A stretch of DNA of 63,523 nucleotides, the filler included, from Nanobdellati archaeon (GTDB lineage: Archaea; Nanobdellota; Nanobdellia; Woesearchaeales; JAADFO01), in assembly GCA_013152815.1 (NCBI GenBank). It is 5 parts of 5 records of this genome, joined end to end, with 100 filler letters (N's around TTAATTAATTAA, not from the genome) between each part and the next. Parts side by side here need not be neighbours in the genome. Positions count along the whole stretch, not along the records: positions 1 to 11,412 come from JAADFO010000001.1; 4 more parts are not named here. One strand, written 5' to 3'. The stretch's first letter is position 1, and the number at the start of each line of letters is the position of its first letter. The position numbers and the translations under genes are program-made. Below, in pieces: positions 1 to 8,357 of the stretch. The notes under the pieces are model-generated. The model ran no database searches and was not told the origin of the DNA. It saw only the letters and a list, made by a program, of their open reading frames with translations.

Positions 1-40
1 AGCGAAGTGCAACGAGCGAACCGTTAAATTCCTGTTATAT
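1..40 (-). repeat. Partial attC-like recombination site (runs off window start)
   Basis: Minus strand reads ATATAAC-aggaatt..., the same AAC-agg start as the sites at 32660-32684 and 33551-33577. Positions 30-78 closely resemble 33567-33614. Confidence 0.6.
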
Positions 41-70
41 TCGTCGGAGCGAAGCGGAGACCGAGGGATA

Positions 71-155
71 GTGCAACGGTTTTTTGCGAAGTCCTGAGCA
101 TAGCGAAGGATTTGGGAGAGGCCTGCAAGGCCGAACCGCAAAACTGCTGTTAGTT
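71..155 (-). repeat. attC-like hairpin site
   Basis: Minus strand AACTAAC-agcagTTTTGCG...CGCAAAAaacc-GTTGCAC: AAC/GTT cores with an internal inverted repeat and inner hairpins. Confidence 0.65.
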
Positions 156-224
156 GGCGAGCACGCAGTGCGAGCGACGACCGGAGCGCAAGCGTAGGGA
201 GGACAGTATGACGCAGGCGAACTT

Positions 225-374
225 CTACTTTCGCAGATAGACATACCAAATTGCTAATAAGACTAAAAATATGACTAGGATTATTCCACTAAGGAAAGCA
301 TAATCATACCATGCTTGATCTCTCGTTAGACATTCAAATGGGCTCCATCGAAAGTTATTGAAACATACAGTCAT
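225..374 (-). CDS. 49-aa single-TM membrane protein, cassette gene (not in ORF track)
   Basis: Hand-translated MTVCFNNFRWSPFECLTRDQAWYDYAFLSGIILVIFLVLLAIWYVYLRK*. AT-rich, preceded by TTTAAA, bounded by complementary GTTAGTT/AACTAAC cores. Confidence 0.7.
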   Translation of the reverse strand: MTVCFNNFRWSPFECLTRDQAWYDYAFLSGIILVIFLVLLAIWYVYLRK

Positions 375-451
375 AATTTTATAATGGAAGTCTATCTTTA
401 AAAATTCTTTGATAACTTTAGATTGATTAAAAGTTCGCCGAGTAATATTGC

Positions 452-572
452 AACTAACATCGCGATTTTACGAAGTTCCCGACCAGAGGGAGGGAATTTG
501 CGTGGAAGAGATTGGGACGGAGACCTTTAGAGTAGGGGCCCAATCTCTGGAACCGTAAAATCGCTGTTTCAC
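452..572 (-). repeat. attC-like hairpin site
   Basis: Plus strand AACTAAC-atc-GCGATTTTACG...GAGATTGGG...CCCAATCTC...CGTAAAATCGC-t-GTTTCAC: perfect 11-bp and 9-bp inverted repeats between AAC and GTT cores. Confidence 0.75.
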
Positions 573-706
573 GCACCGACCCCAACAACGTTGGGGGAGG
601 GTAGTAAGGCGCAGACTCTTTGTCGAACCGAGACACCTTGCTTGGCGAGAGTAACTAAAAAGTATTCCAATGAAAAGAGTCGAGCATTATTGCGTTGAAA
701 ACACCA

Positions 707-732
707 ATTAAATGATCTAGTTTTCATTTAAT
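707..732. promoter_or_regulatory. 9-bp inverted repeat with 8-bp spacer upstream of the recombinase (operator or recombinase site candidate)
   Basis: ATTAAATGA-tctagttt-TCATTTAAT. Confidence 0.4.
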
Positions 733-775
733 CCGGTCAGGCCGGCAGGGTTGCGGGATTTTGTGAAGAAACAAT

Positions 776-1615
776 ATGAAGACTCTCTTGGTTGTCCTTC
801 TTATGGACACGTCCAAGAAACCTTTTCGGGAGTATCTCCTGGAACGGATGGAGCAGGAACTCAGGCTCAGAGGCTGCAGCGAGAAGACCATGAGATCCTA
901 TCGCTATCATGTTACTGATTTCCTGGCGTTTGCCGATGGTATCAGGCTTTCCAGGAAGAAGGACTATCTGCTCTTTCTCCTTGACAGAGGCCAGGCATCT
1001 TCGACCGTACGGGTTGCCAGCGCAGCCATAGACTTCCTGGCGTTGCATGTCCTGGGGACGCAGACAGAGAAGATCCCTCTGCCGAAGAAGCCGAAACGTC
1101 TGCCGAGGGTACTTACCAGGGAACAGCTCAGGCAGATGGTCAGGTTGACAACCAACCCGAAACACGGGCTCATGCTGGAACTGTTCTACGGCAGCGGTCT
1201 GCGGCTGAGCGAGCTCATCACCCTCAGGCAAGAGGACATCGATACTGAAAGGAGGCTCATCCATGTCAGGCAGGGCAAGGGAAAGAAGGATAGAGTGACC
1301 ATCATCGCAAAGACGACCCTCGATAAGCTTCCTGCATTCGGAAAGGGTTTGTTGCTCAAGGGAAGGAACGAAGGATACAGCTATCGCAGCATACAGCAGG
1401 CAGTCGCAGATGCAGGTCTACGGGCAGGCATCCCTTTTCATGTCACGCCGCATATGCTCAGGCACAGCTTCGCGACCCACCTGCTGGAACAGGGGACCGA
1501 TCTCCGGACCATCCAAAACTTGCTCGGCCACAGCGATGTCCGGACGACACAGATCTACACCCATGTCTCGGCAAGAAAGCTCCAGCACATACCCGCACCC
1601 TTAGATGAGCTCTAG
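776..1615 (+). CDS. Tyrosine recombinase, XerA/XerD-like (candidate cassette integrase); alternative start 803
   Basis: Motifs GSGLRLSE (R), GKGKKDR (K), HMLRHSFATHLLE (HxxR), LLGH, TTQIYTHV (Y). N-terminal SAM-like segment ELRLRGCSEKTMRSY. Confidence 0.95.
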   Translation: MKTLLVVLLMDTSKKPFREYLLERMEQELRLRGCSEKTMRSYRYHVTDFLAFADGIRLSRKKDYLLFLLDRGQASSTVRVASAAIDFLALHVLGTQTEKIPLPKKPKRLPRVLTREQLRQMVRLTTNPKHGLMLELFYGSGLRLSELITLRQEDIDTERRLIHVRQGKGKKDRVTIIAKTTLDKLPAFGKGLLLKGRNEGYSYRSIQQAVADAGLRAGIPFHVTPHMLRHSFATHLLEQGTDLRTIQNLLGHSDVRTTQIYTHVSARKLQHIPAPLDEL

Positions 1616-2239
1616 GGTGTCGTCTTCCTTGAGGTCATAGGCTGTCCTGATGTGCTTCTCGGCTATCACTTCGATGACACCTGCCGGATGTCTCGTCCGT
1701 TCGATGCCGAGGATTCCGCAGGGTTCTTCTTCTCCCCTGATGCGCAGGGTCGCTTCATAGACGTCGACAGCGCCGTAGATGCGGCCCCCCTGCCTGAACT
1801 CAGGGATGCTTCGCTTCCTCTTCGATGCGATGAACTTCTGGAACTGCCCTTCGTCGACCGAGAGGTTCAGGGTCCCGAAGAAAGGAGCATAGCCAAGAAG
1901 TTTTTTGAACTGTTTGGCATATTTCCTGATGTACCATGCTCCTTCGCCTAGGCCGTCTCGTATCCTGCCCGTAATCCTCGTCGGCTGTTCGAAGATGCTC
2001 AGCAGGTCCCGGTGGATCGTGGCGAGCAGGTCGTTTCCCTTCCGGGTGATCCTGACCTTGACTCCGCGGTAGCTTGGCTGGCGTTCGATGAATCCTGCGT
2101 CCTCAAGCTGGATGAGTGTCCTGGAGACAGTCTGCTGGGAGCTGGAAAGGTCTTTTGCTAAAGTTCCTGTCGAGAGCAGGCAGGATCGTCCGAGGCAGCC
2201 TTTCCTGGCCAGCAGGAGGAGATAATCGAGGTGCGGCAT
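1601..2239 (-). CDS. ribK: CTP-dependent riboflavin kinase with N-terminal MarR-like HTH
   Basis: HTH SSSQQTVSRTL; kinase motifs GRIRDGLGEG, LGYAPFFGTLN, ERTRHP, IEVIA. Confidence 0.9.
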   Translation of the reverse strand: MPHLDYLLLLARKGCLGRSCLLSTGTLAKDLSSSQQTVSRTLIQLEDAGFIERQPSYRGVKVRITRKGNDLLATIHRDLLSIFEQPTRITGRIRDGLGEGAWYIRKYAKQFKKLLGYAPFFGTLNLSVDEGQFQKFIASKRKRSIPEFRQGGRIYGAVDVYEATLRIRGEEEPCGILGIERTRHPAGVIEVIAEKHIRTAYDLKEDDTLELI

Positions 2240-2321
2240 CCTACTCAGTATCAGGTAATGCTTCTTAAAGCTTTTGAAGGACAACATTTATAAGCAGAAA
2301 GTCACCGCCCTGGCCATATTC

Positions 2322-2478
2322 GGGGCTATAGTGTAGCTTGGCCAGTCGCTAACCTGGTAATGTTCTGGGTTCACTGGAGCATCTATCATTCCAGCTCGGG
2401 GTTCGCCGAGGTGGCTCCATCAGGAGCCGACGGTGACGCGGACAGCTGGCGACCCGTGTTCAAATCGCGGTAGCCCCA
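2322..2478 (+). tRNA. tRNA-Pro (probably GGG) with two introns (2342-2382 in D-loop; 2402-2443 at 37/38)
   Basis: Acceptor GGGGCTA/TAGCCCC-A, anticodon stem CCAGC/GCTGG, T-loop GTTCAAATC. Intron 1 forms a clean BHB. TTTATAA upstream, T-run downstream. Confidence 0.85.
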
Positions 2479-2505
2479 CTTTTTTTTCAAGATGGCTTTG
2501 AAAAG

Positions 2506-3096
2506 ATGGCTTCGAAATGCTATGCCTATGCTCTTGAAGACGGTCAGCAGGGAATCGTGGACTCCTGGAAGGCTTGTGAAGCTTTGGTGAGCGGGAAGAA
2601 GGCCCGCTACCGTTCCTTCAAGAACAGGGAAGATGCCCAGAGATGGCTTGACCAGGGCGCCCCCTACGAGAAGGATCCTGTTGAGCTTGAGAAGGGGATC
2701 TACTTCGATGCAGGGACCGGAAGAGGACAGGGTGTCGAGGTCTCTGTGACCGACGAAGCAGGAAGAAACCTCCTGCCGCTCATCATGGACGAGCAGAAGC
2801 TCAACGCCTTCGGCAAATATCCTCTTCCTGGCAGGACCAACAATCACGGGGAATTGTTCGCCTGCTTCCTAGCCCTGAAGATCGCGCTCCAGGAGCATAT
2901 CCAGAAGATCCATGGTGATTCTGATCTTGTCCTGCGTTACTGGTCAAAGGGCCATATCAAGGAGAGCGTCGACTCAGAGACCAGAAAGCTCGCCTTCGCG
3001 GTCAAACAGCTGCGGGAAGCGTTTGAGAAGCAGGGCGGCAGGCTTGTGAAGATACGAGGGGAGCAGAATCCTGCAGACCTGGGGTTTCACCGATGA
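2506..3096 (+). CDS. rnhA: Ribonuclease H with N-terminal viroplasmin-like hybrid-binding domain
   Basis: SWKACEALVSG..ARYRSF N-domain; YFDAGTG, TNNHGEL, GDSDLV, NPADLGFH. Confidence 0.85.
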   Translation: MASKCYAYALEDGQQGIVDSWKACEALVSGKKARYRSFKNREDAQRWLDQGAPYEKDPVELEKGIYFDAGTGRGQGVEVSVTDEAGRNLLPLIMDEQKLNAFGKYPLPGRTNNHGELFACFLALKIALQEHIQKIHGDSDLVLRYWSKGHIKESVDSETRKLAFAVKQLREAFEKQGGRLVKIRGEQNPADLGFHR

Positions 3097-3182
3097 TGCT
3101 TTATCCGCCTCTTCTTTGACCGTCGTTTCTTTGACCGTCTCTTCCCTGATTTCCCTGCTGTGTCAGGGTGTCAGAGGATGCG

Positions 3183-3467
3183 TCAGGGGATTGCTGCAGA
3201 ATAGCTTGCCAGCACACCCAACGGGAAGAGCAGGCCCAGGATGCCCAGCAGGAGGCCTGCTGCAAAGAGCGATTTGCCCTCCTTCTCCCTGATGAGATAG
3301 AGCACACTGATGCCTATCATCAGCGGGCTGAGCATGAGCAGGGTTATCATGCTGACGCTGGGGATATAGCGTATCGCTCCTTCGCCTTTACCGAGGAACA
3401 GGCCGACGATCATGAGCAGGATGGCTGCTCCCAGGACGAGATACCACCGATAGTCGAAGATTCTCAT
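3183..3467 (-). CDS. Small membrane protein
   Basis: 94 aa, about three hydrophobic helices. Confidence 0.65.
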   Translation of the reverse strand: MRIFDYRWYLVLGAAILLMIVGLFLGKGEGAIRYIPSVSMITLLMLSPLMIGISVLYLIREKEGKSLFAAGLLLGILGLLFPLGVLASYSAAIP

Positions 3468-3575
3468 GCTTGTATGGATATCTGCCAGATATTTAAATCC
3501 TCTGCTGGCCGTGGCTGGCCGTCTGCTGCAGGGCCGCGGTAAGCATTAAATACCATGAGCTTCTCTGTCTTTTCT

Positions 3576-4562
3576 ATGGATCTTCAGGATATCGGAGAAT
3601 TTGAGCTCATCCGCAGGATCAGGAGACAGGTGAAGAACAGCAGACAGGTGCTCCAGGGCATAGGTGACGATGCCGCGGTCCTCCGCCATGATAAGAAGTC
3701 ACATCTCCTCCTGACGACCGACGCTCTTGTGGAGAACGTCCATTTCCGCAGGGACTGGTCCTCTCCAGAACAGATCGGCAGGAAAGCCGTCGAAGTCAAT
3801 GTCTCTGACATCGCTGCCATGGGCGGCCTGCCGACCGCAGCCCTGGTCTCGCTCATCCTTCCGGCATCTACTGATCCGCTCTTCGTCGAGAGGATCTACC
3901 GGGGCATCAGGAGAAGATGCAGGCATTACCGCATCGACCTGGTGGGCGGCAACATCAGCAGAGGGAAAGAGCTTAGCATCAGCATCACCCTGCTCGGCAG
4001 GGTGGAGAGAGACCGGCTCTGTCTCCGTTCCGGTGCAGGGCCTGATGAACTGGTCTGTGTCACCGGAAAGCTCGGGAAAGGTCAGGCCGGCCTCATGCTC
4101 TGCTCGTCAGGGGATATGGACAAGGATGCGGATAAGGCAGGGCCTTTCCTCCGGCCGCGTGCACGTCTGCAGGAAGGAAGGGCCATCGCCCGCTTCGCCA
4201 CGTCGTTGATCGACATCAGCGACGGTCTCGTCGGAGAGCTCCACCGGCTCATGGACGCTTCAGGGGTCGGTTTTCTCATCGATGCTGCCACGCTTCCGCT
4301 CCATCCGCTCACCAAGCTGGTGGACGATGATCCTCGTCGGCTGGCGCTTTTCGGCGGCGATGAGCTGGAACTGCTCTTCACCATCAGGAAAAAGGACCTC
4401 AGGCGGCTGAAGGTGCGATCCACCATCATCGGCCGGACGACCAGGGAAAGACGCATCTCGGTCCAGGGATGGCCAGGGCAGGAAGACGCGAGGACAGTCA
4501 TGGACAGAGAAGGCTATGACCACTTCCTCAGAAGACCGCGCTCCTCTCGCACTAGGAGCTGA
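3576..4562 (+). CDS. thiL: Thiamine-monophosphate kinase
   Basis: GEFELI, GIGDDAA, NVSDIAAMGG, IDISDGL, GGDELELLF. Confidence 0.95.
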   Translation: MDLQDIGEFELIRRIRRQVKNSRQVLQGIGDDAAVLRHDKKSHLLLTTDALVENVHFRRDWSSPEQIGRKAVEVNVSDIAAMGGLPTAALVSLILPASTDPLFVERIYRGIRRRCRHYRIDLVGGNISRGKELSISITLLGRVERDRLCLRSGAGPDELVCVTGKLGKGQAGLMLCSSGDMDKDADKAGPFLRPRARLQEGRAIARFATSLIDISDGLVGELHRLMDASGVGFLIDAATLPLHPLTKLVDDDPRRLALFGGDELELLFTIRKKDLRRLKVRSTIIGRTTRERRISVQGWPGQEDARTVMDREGYDHFLRRPRSSRTRS

Positions 4563-7029
4563 TCCTGGAGAGATGGTCCTGTTTCTCGATACGGAGCACA
4601 TGGTCGACAAAGGTCTCGATCTTGGGTTCATGGGAGACGATGATGATCTGCCTGTTCGGCAGCTGGTCCAGGACGTCCCTGATCTTGTCCAGCTGGCCCG
4701 TGGAGAACCCGTCGGTGGGCTCGTCGAGGATGATGAGGTCTTTGGTCTCTATCTGAGAGATGAAATCGTTGATGACCTTGTTGAGCGAGAGCCGATATGC
4801 CAAGGACAGGGCGGTCTTCTCTCCGCCTGAAAGATGCTCGAAGTCTATCTCGTAGCCGTTCTGCTCGACCACCGGCGAGAACGTGTCGTCCAGCCTGACA
4901 AGCAGCGCTTCGTCGTCCACCAGCAGGGAGAACCACTCGGTGAAGAGCTCTGAGAATTCTGCATGGATGGAAAGAAGCACCTGACGCTCGATGGTGGAGA
5001 GCAGGTCGATGAAGAACCCTTTCAGCCAATGATGGATCCCCTTCTGGGACGTGAGCATCTGCTTCTCCTGCTCCTTGATCTTCACCTCTGCCGAAAGGAC
5101 ATGGTATTGTTCTTCTGCCGCCCTGATGGATGCCTCCATGCCCGCCGACCTGATCTGCCGGTCGGTAAGTTCCTTCTTGACATTCTCCCTGGTCTCTTTC
5201 GTTTCCCTCACCCGTCGGTCCTGGGTCCGGGCCTGTTCCACCACCGCCTCGGTCTGTTCCAGCGTCTCTTTCATACGTCGCTCTTCCTGCTCATCCTTCT
5301 CCTTCTGCTCAAGGAGCTGGCTAAGCTCCTCTTTCTTGTCCATGAGGAAGGTCTCGAACTGTCGCTGTTCAGCTTTTCTCTTCTCGTCCTCGAGCGACTG
5401 CCGCAGCTCAGCCTCCAGCTGCCTTACCCTCTCCTTCTCCAGGGTGTTGTCCTTCTTCCGCAGCCCGGCCAATCCTGCCTTCGCCTTCTCCTGTTCTGCC
5501 AGGTTCCTTTTCTGTCGGTCCCTCGCTTCCTCTGCCTTCGCCCTCGCTTCCTCCAGTCCCTGTATCCTTGTGGTGAGCATCCCTTTCTGCCTCTCGCTCT
5601 CTGCCGCCTTCTGGAGCGCTGCTGCTATCTGCTCTGCCTCGTTCTGGAGCTTTTCCTGTTCCCTCTGCAGGTCTGCTATCCTTCCTTTCTTCTGGTCGAC
5701 GATGGCCTGCTGACCGGTGATGATCCTTGCCCGATGCTCATGGGGAACTTCCTGAAGGCAGAGTGGACAGCTGGTGAGCGCCTTCATCTTGCCGATGAGT
5801 CCGGTGCTCTGGTCCTGGGTCGCTTTCTCCTGGCCGAGCTGCTTCGCCAGCGTCTCCAGCTCCTGCCGGTTGTTCTTCTGCTTCCTTTCCAGGGCTGCCC
5901 GCTTCGCCACCGTCGTCTCAAGCAGTCTGAGAGCCTCCCTGTCCAGGGCTGTCTTCTTCCTGATCTCCTCGATGCTCTGCGCTTCTTTCTTCAGCCGGAT
6001 CGCGTTCTCCTGCAGGTTGTGCAGGCGTTCGGTCATGATCCTGATCCCGGTCTCCTGTTCCACGATGCTTTGTTCAGCATCCTTGATGTCCTTCCGGATG
6101 GCCTCAGCTTCCCTCGTCTTTCCTGTCTCTTGGGACACTGCCTTGATCTTTGCTTCCAGGGCCTTGACCTGGGCCTTTCCCTGCATGATCTTCTGCGATG
6201 TCCTGTCAAGCTGTTCGGTCAGGAACTGGCGCTTTGAGATCAGGATGGTGCGCTGCTCCACCTGTTTCCTCATGCGTTCCTGCTCTGCTTCGGCAGCTTT
6301 CACCTGTGCATCGAGGAGCTCTTTCCTCTTCTTGATGACGGCTATCTGCTCCTGCAGCGCTTCCCGTTCGCTCTTCTGGTCGGCCACGCGCTCACTGATA
6401 TCCTTGAGCTGGGCCTTCTTCTCGTCCAGATCTGCCACCTTTCCGCTGAGCTCCTGTATGCTGTTCCGGAGCCCTTTGACATAGCGTTCAGCATTTTCCT
6501 TCATCAGCGAATAGCGGTCGATCTGCAGGATCTTGCGCAGGGTCTCGAGCCTTGTATCAGGCGCATCGAGGAGTATCTGTTTCATGGCCTCCTGCGGCGT
6601 ATAGACAGAGTAGCGGTAGACCAGTGAGATCGCTTTGTCCTTGGCCTCCACCGGATAGCCCATCTCCTGGAGGAGCCAGGCCCGGAGTTCCTCAGGCGTC
6701 CCTTCCTTCTTCCTGTTGTCGACCTGGATGTACCCCGCGTCCTGTTTGATGCTGTCCCTGGTCCTCCTGAGGGAACGTTTGATGATGATCTCCTTGTCCT
6801 TGATGGTGAGACAGAGCTCGACGCTTCCCCTCTCTGTGCCGTTCCTCAGAAGGGCTGCATAGGTGAGGCTTGATCCCCTGATGCCGAAGAGGGCAAGTTC
6901 GATGGCCATGAGGATGGTGCTCTTCCCTGCGCCTATATCACCGCTCAGGAGGAGCGATCCGTCAGGGAAATCTATCCGGGCAGAAGCATAGCTGCGGATG
7001 TTCTCGATCCTCAACCAGTGGAGATGCAT
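4552..7029 (-). CDS. rad50: Rad50/SbcC-family SMC-like ATPase
   Basis: Walker A GDIGAGKS, long coiled coils, central CPLC zinc hook, LSGGE signature, LDEPT Walker B. Confidence 0.88.
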   Translation of the reverse strand: MHLHWLRIENIRSYASARIDFPDGSLLLSGDIGAGKSTILMAIELALFGIRGSSLTYAALLRNGTERGSVELCLTIKDKEIIIKRSLRRTRDSIKQDAGYIQVDNRKKEGTPEELRAWLLQEMGYPVEAKDKAISLVYRYSVYTPQEAMKQILLDAPDTRLETLRKILQIDRYSLMKENAERYVKGLRNSIQELSGKVADLDEKKAQLKDISERVADQKSEREALQEQIAVIKKRKELLDAQVKAAEAEQERMRKQVEQRTILISKRQFLTEQLDRTSQKIMQGKAQVKALEAKIKAVSQETGKTREAEAIRKDIKDAEQSIVEQETGIRIMTERLHNLQENAIRLKKEAQSIEEIRKKTALDREALRLLETTVAKRAALERKQKNNRQELETLAKQLGQEKATQDQSTGLIGKMKALTSCPLCLQEVPHEHRARIITGQQAIVDQKKGRIADLQREQEKLQNEAEQIAAALQKAAESERQKGMLTTRIQGLEEARAKAEEARDRQKRNLAEQEKAKAGLAGLRKKDNTLEKERVRQLEAELRQSLEDEKRKAEQRQFETFLMDKKEELSQLLEQKEKDEQEERRMKETLEQTEAVVEQARTQDRRVRETKETRENVKKELTDRQIRSAGMEASIRAAEEQYHVLSAEVKIKEQEKQMLTSQKGIHHWLKGFFIDLLSTIERQVLLSIHAEFSELFTEWFSLLVDDEALLVRLDDTFSPVVEQNGYEIDFEHLSGGEKTALSLAYRLSLNKVINDFISQIETKDLIILDEPTDGFSTGQLDKIRDVLDQLPNRQIIIVSHEPKIETFVDHVLRIEKQDHLSRISS

Positions 7030-7080
7030 AAAAAAAAGGAAAGAAAAAGGGTTTAAATGGTTTTACCTGCTTTCTTTTGC

Positions 7081-7695
7081 CTAGAGCTTCGGAAAGATCT
7101 CGCCCAGGGCTGTCAGGGTCGTCACGCCGCTGATGAAACCGGTGATGCCGGTCCCTATGAAGCTCAGCCTGCCGAACACCATCCACAGGACCGAATAGTA
7201 GAGCATCATGACCGCCCAGACCTTGAAGTATTCCGCACTGAAGGCCTTCGCAAAGATGACCCTGCAGGTAAAGGCGTCGGTGAAGTTCTCACGTCCGGCG
7301 AAGCGCACCAGGGCAGCAGGGAACAGGTAGATGGTCAGGAGGAACACCAGCGCAGTCAGGACCATGCCGAACCCTATGCTTCCTCCCATCATGGATGGTG
7401 TCTCTCCGCTTACCGCGATGAAAAAATCCGAGCCGAGGAAGATGGCTGCGACGGCGAAGACCGGCAGGAAATAGATGATGACGATGAGCAGATAGAGCAG
7501 CCCGTTGATGAAGAGCTTTCCCCAGTCTTCCCATTCAGGAAGCTTGAACTCGCTTTTCATGGCTGTCCTTGCGCATCGCAGGGTATAGCCGAGCACCAGG
7601 AAATTGACGATGGGCACCATGCCCAAGACAATACCGATGACAAAGTTCTTCACGTCAGAAAATGGTCGCCTGAAGGCTTCCCGATAGGATACCAT
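7081..7695 (-). CDS. DUF4013-like membrane protein
   Basis: LVLGY...LPEWEDWGKLFINGL motif; multi-TM. Confidence 0.8.
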   Translation of the reverse strand: MVSYREAFRRPFSDVKNFVIGIVLGMVPIVNFLVLGYTLRCARTAMKSEFKLPEWEDWGKLFINGLLYLLIVIIYFLPVFAVAAIFLGSDFFIAVSGETPSMMGGSIGFGMVLTALVFLLTIYLFPAALVRFAGRENFTDAFTCRVIFAKAFSAEYFKVWAVMMLYYSVLWMVFGRLSFIGTGITGFISGVTTLTALGEIFPKL

Positions 7696-7783
7696 ACTAT
7701 AAACACCCCCTCTCTTTTTTCAGATACGTCTGATGCACAACGTCACAACGTGATTATTGATTATGGACGCGGATCTTTCTCAG

Positions 7784-8173
7784 CTATTCGGCATCGACGG
7801 CTGCCAGCTCATTGCTCCGGTGGATCTTGGCAAAGCTCGGCGCTGCGACCAGCCAGTCGTCACCGAACCCTGCGATGTCCCCTTCTATGGCGTCGGTGGT
7901 CTTCTTGAGCTTGTTCACCGCCCGCTTGAGTTCGACCAGGTCCTTCTCTTTCAGCGGCTTGATGTTGATGAGCGCGACGGTATTTCCTGCGCGCAGGGCA
8001 TCCAGGATGTTCTTGATGTCAGAGAAATCCTCGATGGTATAGGTCCTGATGACGATCTTGCTCTGGATGTCGTCATGGCTTTGGGTGTCGAGCTCGACAT
8101 ACTCGTCTTCATGCTCTTCATCCTTGATGGTCTCGCCTGCAAAAGAATCCTTGATCTTTGAAAAAAGTCCCAT
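7784..8173 (-). CDS. sepF: Cell division protein SepF
   Basis: ILDALRAGNTVALINIKPL...LKRAVNKLK...GDIAG pattern of archaeal SepF. Confidence 0.85.
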   Translation of the reverse strand: MGLFSKIKDSFAGETIKDEEHEDEYVELDTQSHDDIQSKIVIRTYTIEDFSDIKNILDALRAGNTVALINIKPLKEKDLVELKRAVNKLKKTTDAIEGDIAGFGDDWLVAAPSFAKIHRSNELAAVDAE

Positions 8174-8327
8174 AGTGGCCTCCCTCTTGATGATTTTTAC
8201 GATAGGGCAATGATAACCGCATAGAGAACATTGATGGCCGTCCTATTTAAATGTTTCGGAGCCCGAAAAGGCAAAAAGGGCTTCTTCAGCGGTCTTCTTC
8301 AAGGAAAAGAGACGATCCCGGCCAGCC

Positions 8328-8357
8328 TCTCGTTCAGTCTCGTTCAGTCTCGTTCAG
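8328..8357. repeat. Tandem repeat (TCTCGTTCAG)x3
   Basis: Directly visible at the nurA stop, upstream of sepF. Confidence 0.9.

Noticed and set aside
1..660. Repeats as a CRISPR array
   Set aside because: No constant-length identical repeats with unique spacers, and no cas genes in the window.
4963..6484. Long plus-strand ORFs (424, 220, 236 aa) and similar antisense ORFs elsewhere
   Set aside because: Shadow frames of GC-rich genuine genes such as rad50, glmS and the radical SAM gene; no motifs.
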